A DNA stretch of 41,766 nucleotides from the IMG/VR virus record IMGVR_UViG_2531839131_000018. The stretch is one strand, 5' to 3'. This document shows positions 24,153 to 34,251 of this stretch, one piece after another. Source of the stretch: a virus. Lineage: Duplodnaviria > Heunggongvirae > Uroviricota > Caudoviricetes. The translations under genes were made by a program, and so were the position numbers. Under the pieces are notes generated by a model. That model saw only the letters and a list, made by a program, of their open reading frames with translations, was not told the origin of the DNA and did not search any database. Numbering within the stretch: the first letter of the stretch is position 1; the number at the start of each line of letters is the position of its first letter.

Positions 24153-25657
24153 TGGCAATTCTGGATGATGTGATTGGTGTTTTTTCTCCAGGCTGGAAAG
24201 CTGCGAGGTTGCGATCAAGAGCGTTAATCTGCGCTTATGAGGCCGTGAAACCCACACGCACACACAAAGCCCGACGGGAAAACCGTTCTGCCGACCAGCT
24301 CAGTAAGTACGGGGCGGTTTCCCTGCGGGAGCAGGCCCGTTTTCTGGATATCAATCATGACCTCGTAATCGGCGTTTTCGACAAGCTTGAGGAGCGGGTG
24401 ATTGGTGCAAAAGGGATTATTGTTGAACCCCAGCCATTACTGAAAAACGGTGGTGTGGCTACAGAGCTGGCAATGATTATCCGTCGTTTGTGGGCGGAAT
24501 GGTCTGTCAGTCCGGATGTGACCGGACAGCATACGCGCCCCATGCTCGAACGTCTGCTGTTGCGTACCTGGTTACGTGATGGCGAAGTTTTTGCCCAGAT
24601 GGTCAGAGGCGCAGGTGCCGGGCTGGCGCGGACTGCCGGTGTGCCTTTCTGGCTCGAGGCTATGGAGCCGGATTTTGTGCCCATGCTCAGTGATGAGTCT
24701 GCGGGAATGAATCAGGGGGTTTTTCTGGATGAGTGGGGCAGACCGAAAAAATACCTTGTTTATAAAAATTATCCGGTTACCGGACGGCAGAGTGATACCA
24801 AAGAGATTGCAGCTGAAAATATGGTGCATCTGAAGTTTACCCGCCGGCTGCACCAGACGCGTGGTACATCCATGTTGTCGGGTGTGCTGATGCGGATCAG
24901 TGCACTTAAGGAGTACGAGGATTCTGAGTTGGTTGCAGCGCGTGTTGCTGCGGCTCTGGGGTTATATATTCGTAAAGGAGATGGACAGGATTATGAAGAT
25001 GTTGTGACAAATAAAGATAATGACCGGGAGTTGCATATCACTCCCGGCATTATTTATGACGATCTTCGTAAGGGGGAAGATATTGGCATGGTCAAATCTG
25101 ACAGGCCTAACCCTAACCTGGAAACTTTTCGTAATGGTCAGTTGCGGGCCATGGCGGCGGGCACACGTCTGAGTTTTTCCAGTACAGCACGTAACTATAA
25201 CGGTACCTACAGCGCCCAGCGACAGGAACTGGTTGAGTCCCCCGATGGCTATCTGATCCTGCAGGACTGTTTTATTGGTGGCGTAACCCGTCCGGTGTAC
25301 CGGGCATGGCTGAATATGGTGGTCGCCGCGGGGTTACTGAAAATTCCGTCGGATGTGGATATGAAAACGTTATATAACGCAACATATTCTGGCCCGGTGA
25401 TGCCGTGGATCGACCCGGTCAAGGAGGCTGAAGCCTGGAAAATTCAGATCCGGGGTGGTGCGGCGACAGAATCAGACTGGGTGCGCGCCAGTGGTCGTAA
25501 TCCGGATGACGTCAAACGTCGGCGTAAGGCTGAGATTGATGAAAACCGCAGGCTGGAACTGGTATTTGATACCGATCCGGCAAGTGATAAAGGAGGTGGT
25601 AATGCTGAAACAGAACGCGTGGTTCCGCGGCGAACCGAAGGCCAGCCTGAAGAATAA
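24152..25657 (+). CDS. B: Portal protein (lambda gpB-like, 501 aa)
   Basis: Position after W, size and composition consistent with lambda-family portal proteins. Confidence 0.85.
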   Translation: MAILDDVIGVFSPGWKAARLRSRALICAYEAVKPTRTHKARRENRSADQLSKYGAVSLREQARFLDINHDLVIGVFDKLEERVIGAKGIIVEPQPLLKNGGVATELAMIIRRLWAEWSVSPDVTGQHTRPMLERLLLRTWLRDGEVFAQMVRGAGAGLARTAGVPFWLEAMEPDFVPMLSDESAGMNQGVFLDEWGRPKKYLVYKNYPVTGRQSDTKEIAAENMVHLKFTRRLHQTRGTSMLSGVLMRISALKEYEDSELVAARVAAALGLYIRKGDGQDYEDVVTNKDNDRELHITPGIIYDDLRKGEDIGMVKSDRPNPNLETFRNGQLRAMAAGTRLSFSSTARNYNGTYSAQRQELVESPDGYLILQDCFIGGVTRPVYRAWLNMVVAAGLLKIPSDVDMKTLYNATYSGPVMPWIDPVKEAEAWKIQIRGGAATESDWVRASGRNPDDVKRRRKAEIDENRRLELVFDTDPASDKGGGNAETERVVPRRTEGQPEE

Positions 25658-27674
25658 TTCCTGGTTCAGGATGAAGGCGGGTCATAAAAGTGATGCGGAT
25701 ATTTATATCTACGATGAGATTGGTTTCTGGGGAGTTACGGCGAAGCAGTTTGTCAGTGATCTGAATGCGCTGGGTAATATCACCCACATTAATCTCCATA
25801 TCAATTCACCGGGTGGCGATGTCTTTGAAGGCATCGCCATTTTTAATGCGCTGAAAAATCACGGAGCATCCATCACTGTTTATGTGGATGGCGTTGCCGC
25901 ATCCATGGCATCGGTCATTGCAATGGTGGGGGATCCTGTCATCATGCCAGAAAATGCATTCATGATGATCCATAAACCATGGGGAGTGAGTGGTGGCGAT
26001 GCGGATGATATGCGCGATTATGCCGACCTGCTTGATAAAGTTGAATCGGTCCTGTTGCCTGCTTATGCGCAAAAAACCGGAAAAACTACCGATGAAATTG
26101 CCGCCTTGCTGAAGGATGAAACCTGGATGTCTGGTGCCGAATGCCTGGCACACGGATTTGCTGACCAGGTGACACCGGAAGTTAAGGCCATGGCATGTAT
26201 TCAGTCAAAACGTACAGAGGAATTTAAAAAAATGCCGGAATCCATCCGAAATATGATTATTCCGCCACGCAACAGTGCAACGCGTGAGCCTGAAAACAAA
26301 AATACTGTATCTCAGACACAGGAGCAGACTACGGCTCAGGTTGTCGCAACCGCGACCAGTACCGTGACCACTGCAAATGCGTCTTCCGCAGATGAAAGCA
26401 GTATCCGTGCACAGGTGCTGGCTGAGCAAAAAGCACGCGTGAGTGGTATTAATGATCTGTTTGGTATGTTTGGCGGGCGTTATCAGACATTGCAGGCCAG
26501 TTGTCTTTCCGATCCGGAGTGCTCGCTTGAGCAGGCTCGCGAGAAGTTACTGAATGAAATGGGTAAGGAATTTTCACCATCAAATAAAAATACCCCGTCC
26601 CATATTTATGCCGGCAACGGTAATTTTGTGGGGGACGGGATTCGTCAGGCGCTGATGGCGCGTGCCGGATTTGCTGAGCGTGAACAGGATAACGTCTATA
26701 ACGGGATGACCCTGCGTGAATATGCCCGAATGTCACTGACAGAACGTGGTATTGGGGTTTCCGGTTATAACCCGATGCAGATGGTCGGGGCTGCGTTCAC
26801 GCACAGCACGTCTGACTTCGGTAATATTCTCCTGGATGTCGCGAACAAAGCCATTCTGCAGGGATGGGAAGAAGCCCCTGAGACTTACGAACAGTGGACC
26901 CGGAAAGGTCAGCTGTCTGATTTTAAAATTGCCCATCGTGTGGGAATGGGGGGCTTCAGTTCTCTGCGTCAGGTGCGTGAAGGGGCTGAATATAAGTACG
27001 TCACCACCGGAGATAAACAGGCCACGATTGCACTGGCGACTTATGGTGAACTGTTCAGCATCACCCGTCAGGCCATTATCAACGATGATCTGAATATGCT
27101 GACCGATGTTCCGATGAAACTGGGGCGTGCGGCGAAATCCACGATTGCCGATCTGGTTTATGCCATTCTGACATCTAACCCGAAAATCTCCACGGATAAT
27201 GTGAGCCTGTTCGATAAAGCGAAACATGCAAACGTGCTGGATAATGCAGTAATGGACGTGGCGTCACTGGATAAAGCCCGCCAGTTGATGCGCGTTCAGA
27301 AAGAGGGCGAGCGTCATCTGAATATTCGTCCTGCGTTCGTACTTGTCCCGACGGCGATGGAATCCGTGGCTAACCAGGTGATCCGTTCTGCCAGTGTGAA
27401 AGGCGCAGATATTAATGCCGGTATTATTAACCCGGTGAAAGATTTTGCGACCGTTATTGCAGAGCCGCGCCTTGATGATAACAGCCAGACCACCTTTTAT
27501 CTGGCTGCGGCGAAAGGTACGGATACCATCGAAGTGGCTTATCTCAATGGGGTGGATACGCCATATATTGATCAGATGGAGGGCTTCAGCGTGGACGGCG
27601 TGACAACGAAAGTGCGTATTGACGCCGGTGTTGCACCAGTTGATCACCGCGGTCTGGTGAAATGTACGGCGTAA
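25602..27674 (+). CDS. Head maturation protease (ClpP/S49-like) fused to major capsid protein (690 aa; alternative start at 25671)
   Basis: AGGAGG Shine-Dalgarno before ATG 25602 (56-nt overlap with portal in another frame); N-terminal protease-like region, central Thr/Ala-rich linker, C-terminal capsid-like domain. Confidence 0.8.
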   Translation: MLKQNAWFRGEPKASLKNNSWFRMKAGHKSDADIYIYDEIGFWGVTAKQFVSDLNALGNITHINLHINSPGGDVFEGIAIFNALKNHGASITVYVDGVAASMASVIAMVGDPVIMPENAFMMIHKPWGVSGGDADDMRDYADLLDKVESVLLPAYAQKTGKTTDEIAALLKDETWMSGAECLAHGFADQVTPEVKAMACIQSKRTEEFKKMPESIRNMIIPPRNSATREPENKNTVSQTQEQTTAQVVATATSTVTTANASSADESSIRAQVLAEQKARVSGINDLFGMFGGRYQTLQASCLSDPECSLEQAREKLLNEMGKEFSPSNKNTPSHIYAGNGNFVGDGIRQALMARAGFAEREQDNVYNGMTLREYARMSLTERGIGVSGYNPMQMVGAAFTHSTSDFGNILLDVANKAILQGWEEAPETYEQWTRKGQLSDFKIAHRVGMGGFSSLRQVREGAEYKYVTTGDKQATIALATYGELFSITRQAIINDDLNMLTDVPMKLGRAAKSTIADLVYAILTSNPKISTDNVSLFDKAKHANVLDNAVMDVASLDKARQLMRVQKEGERHLNIRPAFVLVPTAMESVANQVIRSASVKGADINAGIINPVKDFATVIAEPRLDDNSQTTFYLAAAKGTDTIEVAYLNGVDTPYIDQMEGFSVDGVTTKVRIDAGVAPVDHRGLVKCTA

Positions 27675-27698
27675 ACGTCGCAGACAACAACTCTGATG

Positions 27699-27717
27699 GC
27701 CCGTAAGGGCTTTTTTT
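27699..27717 (+). terminator. Rho-independent terminator after the capsid gene
   Basis: GCCC-GTAA-GGGC hairpin followed by TTTTTTT; a second hairpin AGCCCC-GTTCA-GGGGCT follows. Confidence 0.5.
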
Positions 27718-27761
27718 GTACCTGAAATCAGCCCCGTTCAGGGGGCTTTGCGGAGGCTGTT

Positions 27762-28085
27762 ATGGCAAAGAATTTTGTGGAAGACGGGAAAACGGTGGAG
27801 ATTGTCGCTGGCGCAAATATCAGTAGCGGAGAGCTGGTACAGGTGGGCGATATTTTTGCTGTGGCACTGACCGATATTGCAAAAGGCGAAATTGGGGACG
27901 GCATGACTGAAGGTGTATTTATGCTGCCGAAACTGAAAACGGATGATATGAAAACCGGTAAGAAGGTTTATCTGAAATCCGGAAAAGTTCAGCTGACGAA
28001 CAGCGGCTCTGATCCGCTGGTCGGGGTTGTCTGGGCAGATGCCGGAACCAGTGCAGAAGACGTGCCGGTAAAACTCAATGTCTGA
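27762..28085 (+). CDS. Small head-associated protein, DUF2190-like (107 aa)
   Basis: GGAGG Shine-Dalgarno; position between capsid and head-tail joining genes; family assignment from memory. Confidence 0.55.
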   Translation: MAKNFVEDGKTVEIVAGANISSGELVQVGDIFAVALTDIAKGEIGDGMTEGVFMLPKLKTDDMKTGKKVYLKSGKVQLTNSGSDPLVGVVWADAGTSAEDVPVKLNV

Positions 28086-28353
28086 TCCCTTTTCCCGGTT
28101 GGCAGCCCGTATGGATGCTGTCACGATCAGAAAAATGGGGAAAACGGCCTCGATTAATGATGCGGATATGATTGTGATCCCGGGAGAAACACTGGCAGAG
28201 CTGAATGCGCTGTCCGGATCGGCGGTTTCTCTGGTGGTGTTTTCTTCGGGGTATCGTCCGCGGCGCGGGGACCGCGTTGTTTATGACGGACAACAATGGA
28301 CGGTCACACGGCATGAACGCTTTAACGGTAAACCCGTGATCTTTATTGAGTAA
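28078..28353 (+). CDS. Head-tail connector protein, FII-like (91 aa)
   Basis: Overlapping start; size and position before Z/U as for lambda FII. Confidence 0.5.
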   Translation: MSDPFSRLAARMDAVTIRKMGKTASINDADMIVIPGETLAELNALSGSAVSLVVFSSGYRPRRGDRVVYDGQQWTVTRHERFNGKPVIFIE

Positions 28354-28363
28354 AGGGGGATGG

Positions 28364-28942
28364 ATGAAGGGGCTTGAGAATGCTATTCGCAATCTGAACA
28401 GCCTTGATACCCGTATGGTACCGCAGGCCAGTGCATGGGCGATAAACCGTGTGGCGCAGAAAGCGGTCTCGGTAGCTACCCGGCAGGTTGCGCAGAATAC
28501 CGTTGCGGGTGACAACCACGTAAAAGGGATCCCCCTGAAAACGGTGCGTCAGCGCGTCCGGGTATTGAAGGCCAGCCCGTCAGGAAAAATGTATGCCCGT
28601 ATCCGGATTAACCGGGGCAACCTGCCAGCCATTAAGCTCGGGGCGGCTCAGGTCAGGCTGGCGCGGCGTGGCGGAAAGCTACGGTACCGGGGAAGTCTGC
28701 TGAAGGTGGGCAAATATCTTTTCCGGGATGCGTTTATTCAGCAACTGGCGAACGGTCGCTGGCATGTGATGCGGCGTATTGACGGCAAAAATCGTTACCC
28801 CATTGATGTGGTGAAAATCCCGTTGTCCGGACCGCTGACGCAGGCATTTACGGAAGCCAGTCGGCATATTGCTGAAACGGAGATGCCGAAACAACTGGGT
28901 TATGCACTGAAGCAGCAACTGAGGTTATTTCTGACACGATGA
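28364..28942 (+). CDS. Z: Tail completion protein Z-like (192 aa)
   Basis: MKGLENAIRNLNSL... with INRVAQKA, GNLPAIKLG, AFIQQLANGRWHVMRRIDGKNRYPIDVVKIPLSGPL, LGYALKQQLRLFLTR matching lambda gpZ as recalled. Confidence 0.8.
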   Translation: MKGLENAIRNLNSLDTRMVPQASAWAINRVAQKAVSVATRQVAQNTVAGDNHVKGIPLKTVRQRVRVLKASPSGKMYARIRINRGNLPAIKLGAAQVRLARRGGKLRYRGSLLKVGKYLFRDAFIQQLANGRWHVMRRIDGKNRYPIDVVKIPLSGPLTQAFTEASRHIAETEMPKQLGYALKQQLRLFLTR

Positions 28943-29340
28943 ACAGACATACAAAAATCCGTCAGGCGGTACTGGCACGTCTGTGTGAGGAGTGTGGCGA
29001 GTGCGCCACATTTTTTGACGGGCTTCCGGCCTTTATTGATGCACAGGAGTTGCCCGCTGTGGCGGTCTGGCTGAGCGATGCCCGGTATACCGGAAAAATG
29101 ACAGATGAGGACGACTGGCAGGCCGTTCTGCATATCGCTGTGTTTATCCGTGCGCAGGCACCGGATTCAGAGCTGGATGAGTGGATGGAAAATAGCATTT
29201 ATCCGGCGCTGAGGCATATACCGGCGCTTTCCGGGCTGATCGACACCATGACACCGCAGGGGTTTAACTACCAGCGCGATGATGAGATGGCGACGTGGGC
29301 GATGGCGGAAATCACGTATCAGATCGCCTACACGAACTGA
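28939..29340 (+). CDS. U: Tail terminator protein U-like (133 aa)
   Basis: ATFFDGLPAFIDAQELPAVAVWL...WQAVLHIAVFIRAQAPDSELDEWMENSIYPAL matches lambda gpU as recalled. Confidence 0.8.
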   Translation: MNRHTKIRQAVLARLCEECGECATFFDGLPAFIDAQELPAVAVWLSDARYTGKMTDEDDWQAVLHIAVFIRAQAPDSELDEWMENSIYPALRHIPALSGLIDTMTPQGFNYQRDDEMATWAMAEITYQIAYTN

Positions 29341-29362
29341 ATAAATAATGTAAGGAGGAGTG

Positions 29363-30133
29363 ATGTCCACACCGAATCCACTGGAGAAAACGAAAGGCGC
29401 AGGGACAACATTCTGGATGTATACCGGGATGGGAGATCCGTTTGCGTCTGCATTGTCAGACACGGACTGGCTGCGACTGGCAATGGTGAAGGATTTGCAG
29501 CCGGGCGAAATGACGGCTGATGCGGAAGACGACACGTATCTTGATGATGAGAATGCGGACTGGAAGAGCACATCTCAGGGCCAGAAAACCGCTGGCGATA
29601 CGTCTGCCACACTGGCATGGCGTCCGGGCGACAGCGGACAGAAAAAACTGGTTGAGTTGTTTTATTCCGGCGAGGTTTGTGCGTTTCGCATTCTGTACCC
29701 CAACGGCACAGTTGATGTTTTTCGTGGCTGGTTGAGTTCGCTGGGCAAAGCGGTGACGTCAACGGAAGTGATGACCCGGACCATCAAAATCACCGGGATT
29801 GGGCGTCCGTACCTGGCGGAAGAGTGTCAGGAGGTGGTCAGCGTCACCGGTGTGACGGTGACACCGATGGCGGTGACACTGCATCCTGGTGAAACGTCCA
29901 AACTGACGTTTGTGCTTGTACCGGAAAACGCCTCGGATAAAACGCTCACGGTGTTTTCCACGGATCCGCAGACAGCAACGGTAAGCCTGAGCGGCCTTGT
30001 GGCTACGGTATCTGCCCGCCAGGAAGGGACGGTCAGTATTGTGGGTATGAGCGGTGATGGCCGTACGGGGCAGGTGGTCAAGGTGACCGTGGCCCCTGCT
30101 GAGGAGAAGAGTACCGGACGTACCCGGGGATAA
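29363..30133 (+). CDS. V: Major tail protein V-like with C-terminal Ig-like domain (256 aa)
   Basis: AAGGAGGAG Shine-Dalgarno; position after U; C-terminal Thr/Val-rich beta-strand-like region typical of Big_2 domains. Confidence 0.8.
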   Translation: MSTPNPLEKTKGAGTTFWMYTGMGDPFASALSDTDWLRLAMVKDLQPGEMTADAEDDTYLDDENADWKSTSQGQKTAGDTSATLAWRPGDSGQKKLVELFYSGEVCAFRILYPNGTVDVFRGWLSSLGKAVTSTEVMTRTIKITGIGRPYLAEECQEVVSVTGVTVTPMAVTLHPGETSKLTFVLVPENASDKTLTVFSTDPQTATVSLSGLVATVSARQEGTVSIVGMSGDGRTGQVVKVTVAPAEEKSTGRTRG

Positions 30134-30193
30134 CAGGGCCATGTTTATCATCAGCCCCGGTTCGCCGGGGTTTTTTATTCGGGGAGAAGAGAA

Positions 30194-30583
30194 ATGTTTC
30201 TGAAACAGGATACGTTTAATTACGGCAATCAGTCGGTGGTACTGAATGAACTGTCTGGTCTGCAGCGTGTGGAATACCTGGCTTATGCCCGTGAACGCGC
30301 GGCGCAGTTTGATGAGGCTTCTGCAGGAATGGAAGAAGGGGCCCGCCAGATTGCTTTTATGGAAATGGGGATGGACATCAACGCCTGGCTGGTTTCCCGT
30401 TCGCTGTGGAATGCCGACCAGTCTCAGAATGTGGCGGCGCTTTTTTCCTCCGTGCGCGTGACATGGTCCTGGGATGCGCTGGGGATGGCGGCGGAAAGCA
30501 TTCTGGCGCTGAGCGGTATGGCACTGACAGTGGCGACAGAGGGGGATGACGTGAAGGAGGTGCTGACGCCGGAAAAGTCCTGA
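30194..30583 (+). CDS. G: Tail assembly chaperone G-like (129 aa)
   Basis: MFLKQDTFNYGNQSVVLNELSGLQRVEYLAY resembles the lambda gpG N-terminus as recalled; followed by a -1-frame ORF overlapping its end. Confidence 0.8.
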   Translation: MFLKQDTFNYGNQSVVLNELSGLQRVEYLAYARERAAQFDEASAGMEEGARQIAFMEMGMDINAWLVSRSLWNADQSQNVAALFSSVRVTWSWDALGMAAESILALSGMALTVATEGDDVKEVLTPEKS

Positions 30584-30591
30584 CGCAGGAA

Positions 30592-30906
30592 ATGCAGTTT
30601 GTCATGCGGCTGGCCCGGGAGTTCCGGCGGGGCGACTGGCGGCGAATGCTGTCAGAAATGTCAGCCACAGAACTGGGAGAGTGGGGGGATTATTTCCGGC
30701 GGCAGAGTTTCAGTGATGTGTGGCTGGATGCGCAATTTGCCACACTGAAAACGCTGATTGTGCAGATGGTTTCCGGAAAAACCGTGGCGGCGGATATGTT
30801 CAGCTTGTTGCCTTCAGAGACAGAAGCGCCCGTCCGGACAGATGAAGAGCTGATGTTTCTGGGGGAAGGTATCGCGGGAGGAATAAGAATTGAGCCAGAT
30901 AGCTGA
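30592..30906 (+). CDS. T: T-frame extension of the G-T tail assembly chaperone (frame open from 30550; expected to be made as a G-T fusion by -1 frameshift)
   Basis: ORF in the -1 frame relative to G, open across the G stop; candidate slip site G GAA AAG at 30571-30577. Confidence 0.6.
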   Translation: MQFVMRLAREFRRGDWRRMLSEMSATELGEWGDYFRRQSFSDVWLDAQFATLKTLIVQMVSGKTVAADMFSLLPSETEAPVRTDEELMFLGEGIAGGIRIEPDS

Positions 30907-33900
30907 CCTTGTTATTGATTTAAGTGTTGATACGGCTGATTTTAAGGAACAGCTTCCGCGTATTAAAGCGCAACTCAATGGTACCGCCAGCGAAGCGGCG
31001 CGCGCAGAAGCGCGGGTCAGACAGTTTGAAGCGAGTCAGAAGCAGGCGGCGACTACCGCGGTGAAACAGACTCAGGCACTGGCGGGGAATGCGCAGGCGC
31101 ATGTTTCGTTGTCAGAGGATGTGGAACAGACCCGTCAGCGACTTGATGCCCTGAACCGGAAAATGCGTGAGGAGCAGGCGCAGGCGGCGGCACTGGCTGC
31201 TGCTCAGGATAAAGCCGCTGCTGCATTTTATCGTCAGATTGACAGTGTGAAACAGGCGGGGGCCGGACTGCAGGAGCTGCAGCGTATTCAGCAGCAGGTC
31301 CGTCAGGCCAGAAACAATGGTGGCATCGCGCAGCAGGATTATCTGGCGTTAATCTCCGAAGTGACGGCAAAAACCCGCGTGCTGGCTCAGGCTGAAGAAT
31401 CCGCCACCCGCCAGAAGACGGCCTTTATCCGGCGGCTGAAGGAGCAGGTATCCGCTCAGAATCTTTCATCCACGGAGCTGCTCAGGGCAAAAGCCGCGCA
31501 GCTGGGTGTCAGTAGTGCGGCTGAGGTGTATATCAGCAAAATGGAAAAAGCCGGGAAGGTCACGCATTCGCTGGGGCTGAAAAGTGCGGCGGCCCGCCAG
31601 GAGATAGGTGTTCTGATAGGTGAAATTGCCCGGGGTAATTTCGGTGCGCTTCGTGGCTCCGGGATCACCCTGGCTAACCGTGCCGGATGGATTGACGCGC
31701 TGATGTCCCCGAAAGGCATGGCTGTCGGCGGGGTTATCGGTGGACTCACTGCTGCTGTTGTCGGGCTGGGAAAGGCCTGGTATGACGGTCAGAAGGAGGG
31801 GGAGGTGTTTAATCGTCAGCTGGCGTTGACAGGGCATTATGCGGGCATCACTACCGGACAGCTGTGGACTCTCAGTCGCGCCATTTCCGGGAATGGTATC
31901 ACGCAACATGCTGCAGCCAGTGCGCTGGCTCAGGCGGTTGGCAGCGGTGCATTTCGTGGAGGTGATATCGCCATGGTGGCGAAAGCTGCCGCGCAAATGG
32001 AAAGTTCAGTGGGGCAGTCTGTCAGCGACACCATCAGTCAGTTTAAGCGACTGAAGGATGACCCGGTAAATGCAGCCAGGACGCTGGATAATGAACTGCA
32101 TTTCCTGACTGCCACCCAGCTTGAACAAATCCGTGTTCTCGGGGAACAGGGGCGTGCCAGTGATGCTGCCCGGATCGCCATGTCAGCGCTGGCAGAGGAA
32201 ACCGGTAAACGCACATCTGATATTGATAATAATCTCAATGCGCTGGGCAGTACGCTGCAAACCTTATCTGACTGGTGGAAGCAGTTCTGGGATGCCGCCA
32301 TGAATATCGGGCGTAATGATTCCCTTGATGCGCAGATTGCGGCGCTGCAGGAAAAAATTCAGCGTGCGAAAAAATCGCCCTGGACAAATGCATCCACCAC
32401 AGTGGAATACGACCAGCAGCGCCTTGATGAACTTCAGGAGAAAAAGCGCCAGAAAGATTTACAGGATGCAAAAGAGCAGGCAGAGCGGAATTATCAGGAG
32501 CAACAGAAACGCCGGAATGCTGAAAATGCCGCGCTGAACCGGATGAACGAAACGGAAGCGGCACGACATCAGCGTGAAATTGCGCGTATTAATGCCATGC
32601 AGTACGCAGATCAGTCGGTCAGGGACGCAGCGATACAGCGTGAAAATAAACGTCACAAAAAAGCCATTAAGAAAGAAACGCCTGCCACCCGTAATGATGA
32701 GGCCACCCGGTTATTACTGCAGTACAGCCAGCAACAGGCGCAGGTGGAGGGGCAGATCGCCGCCGCCAGACAGTCCGCGGGACTGACCACGAAAAAAATG
32801 ACGGAAGCGCATAAGCAGCTTCTGGCCCTGCAGCAGCGTATCAGTGATTTAGCCGGTAAAAAGCTGACGGCAGATGAAAAAAGCGTGCTGGCGCATAAGG
32901 ATGAACTGATTCAGGCGCTGACGCTGCTGGATGCAAAACAGCAGGAGCTGCAGAAGCAGACGGCGCTGAATGACCTTAAGAAAAAATCCATTCAGCTTGC
33001 CAGCCAGCTGGCGGAAGAGGAGCGGGTTCTGCGTCAGCAACATGACCTGGATATCGCCACGACAGGGATGGGGGATAAACAGCGTCAGCGATACCAGGCA
33101 CAGTTCAGTCTGCAACAAAAATATCAGCAGCAGCGGGAACAGTTGGAGCGTGACAGTAAGCGGAAAGGAACATATGGCACAGATGAATACCGGAATGCTG
33201 AGCAGACGCTGACAGACAGTCTTAACCGGCAACTGAACGAAAACAGACGCTACTGGCAGGAGCAGGAACTGATGCAGGCAGACTGGAAAAACGGTGCCAT
33301 GCGGGCGTTTCAGAATTTTACGGCAGATGCGGATAATGCGGCAGGAACTGCTGAGCAGATGTTTACAGCGGCATTTAACAGTGCAGGTAATGCACTGGCG
33401 ACGTTCTGCACGACAGGTAAACTGAATTTCAAATCCTTTACCGCCTCGCTTCTTTCCGACCTGGCAAAAATCATGGCGCAGATGGCCATTATGCAGGCGG
33501 TGAAGGGGATTGGTTCGGCGTTTGGCTGGGGGAGCGCATCCGCTGCCAGTGTGACGCCCAATGCAGATGGCGGTGTTTATCAGTCTGCGGATTTGAGCCG
33601 TTACAGTGGCTCAGTGGTTAACCGCCCGACGTTTTTTGCCTTTGCAAAAGGCGCGGGGGTGATGGGAGAAGCGGGACCTGAAGCCATTCTGCCACTGCGT
33701 CGTGGTGCCGACGGTAAGCTGGGCGTTGTGGCGGATATTGGTGGTTCAGGCATGGTGATGTTTGCCCCGCAGTACAACATCGCGATCAATAACGACGGTA
33801 CGAACGGGCAGATAGGTCCGGCTGCCCTGAAGGTGGTTTATGACCTCGGGAAAAAAGCTGCAGCGGACTTTATGCAACAGCAGTCCCGTGATGGCGGTCA

Positions 33901-33922
33901 GTTAAGCGGAGTGTATCGGTAA
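30890..33922 (+). CDS. H: Tail tape measure protein H-like (1010 aa)
   Basis: TTG start with GGGAGG upstream; long coiled-coil-rich ORF; C-terminal INNDGTNGQIGPAALKVVYDLGKKAAADFMQQQSRDGG matches the lambda gpH C-terminus as recalled. Confidence 0.9.
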   Translation: MSQIADLVIDLSVDTADFKEQLPRIKAQLNGTASEAARAEARVRQFEASQKQAATTAVKQTQALAGNAQAHVSLSEDVEQTRQRLDALNRKMREEQAQAAALAAAQDKAAAAFYRQIDSVKQAGAGLQELQRIQQQVRQARNNGGIAQQDYLALISEVTAKTRVLAQAEESATRQKTAFIRRLKEQVSAQNLSSTELLRAKAAQLGVSSAAEVYISKMEKAGKVTHSLGLKSAAARQEIGVLIGEIARGNFGALRGSGITLANRAGWIDALMSPKGMAVGGVIGGLTAAVVGLGKAWYDGQKEGEVFNRQLALTGHYAGITTGQLWTLSRAISGNGITQHAAASALAQAVGSGAFRGGDIAMVAKAAAQMESSVGQSVSDTISQFKRLKDDPVNAARTLDNELHFLTATQLEQIRVLGEQGRASDAARIAMSALAEETGKRTSDIDNNLNALGSTLQTLSDWWKQFWDAAMNIGRNDSLDAQIAALQEKIQRAKKSPWTNASTTVEYDQQRLDELQEKKRQKDLQDAKEQAERNYQEQQKRRNAENAALNRMNETEAARHQREIARINAMQYADQSVRDAAIQRENKRHKKAIKKETPATRNDEATRLLLQYSQQQAQVEGQIAAARQSAGLTTKKMTEAHKQLLALQQRISDLAGKKLTADEKSVLAHKDELIQALTLLDAKQQELQKQTALNDLKKKSIQLASQLAEEERVLRQQHDLDIATTGMGDKQRQRYQAQFSLQQKYQQQREQLERDSKRKGTYGTDEYRNAEQTLTDSLNRQLNENRRYWQEQELMQADWKNGAMRAFQNFTADADNAAGTAEQMFTAAFNSAGNALATFCTTGKLNFKSFTASLLSDLAKIMAQMAIMQAVKGIGSAFGWGSASAASVTPNADGGVYQSADLSRYSGSVVNRPTFFAFAKGAGVMGEAGPEAILPLRRGADGKLGVVADIGGSGMVMFAPQYNIAINNDGTNGQIGPAALKVVYDLGKKAAADFMQQQSRDGGQLSGVYR

Positions 33923-34251
33923 TGGAGACGTTTCACTGGAAAATTCGTCCTGATATGACAGTTGCATCGGAACCGAAGGTGTTGACGGTAAAGCTGGGGG
34001 ATAGCTATGAACAGCGGCGACCGGCAGGACTGAATAATTTATTGTCTGTTTACAGTGTGACTATCCGGATACGTAAAGGAGAACATCAGTCACTGGAGGA
34101 TTTTCTGGCGCGGCATGGCGGTGTCAGGGCGTTTCAGTGGGTGCCGCCTTATGGCTGGAAACCAGTCAGGGTGGTTTGTCGTAAATGGTCGACACGCGTT
34201 GGGGCGTTATGGGTGACTGTAACGGCAGATTTTGAGCAGGTGGTGAACTGA
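33922..34251 (+). CDS. M: Minor tail protein M-like (109 aa)
   Basis: METFHWKIRPDMTVASEPKV...FQWVPPYGW..VTADFEQVVN closely resembles lambda gpM as recalled. Confidence 0.9.
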   Translation: METFHWKIRPDMTVASEPKVLTVKLGDSYEQRRPAGLNNLLSVYSVTIRIRKGEHQSLEDFLARHGGVRAFQWVPPYGWKPVRVVCRKWSTRVGALWVTVTADFEQVVN

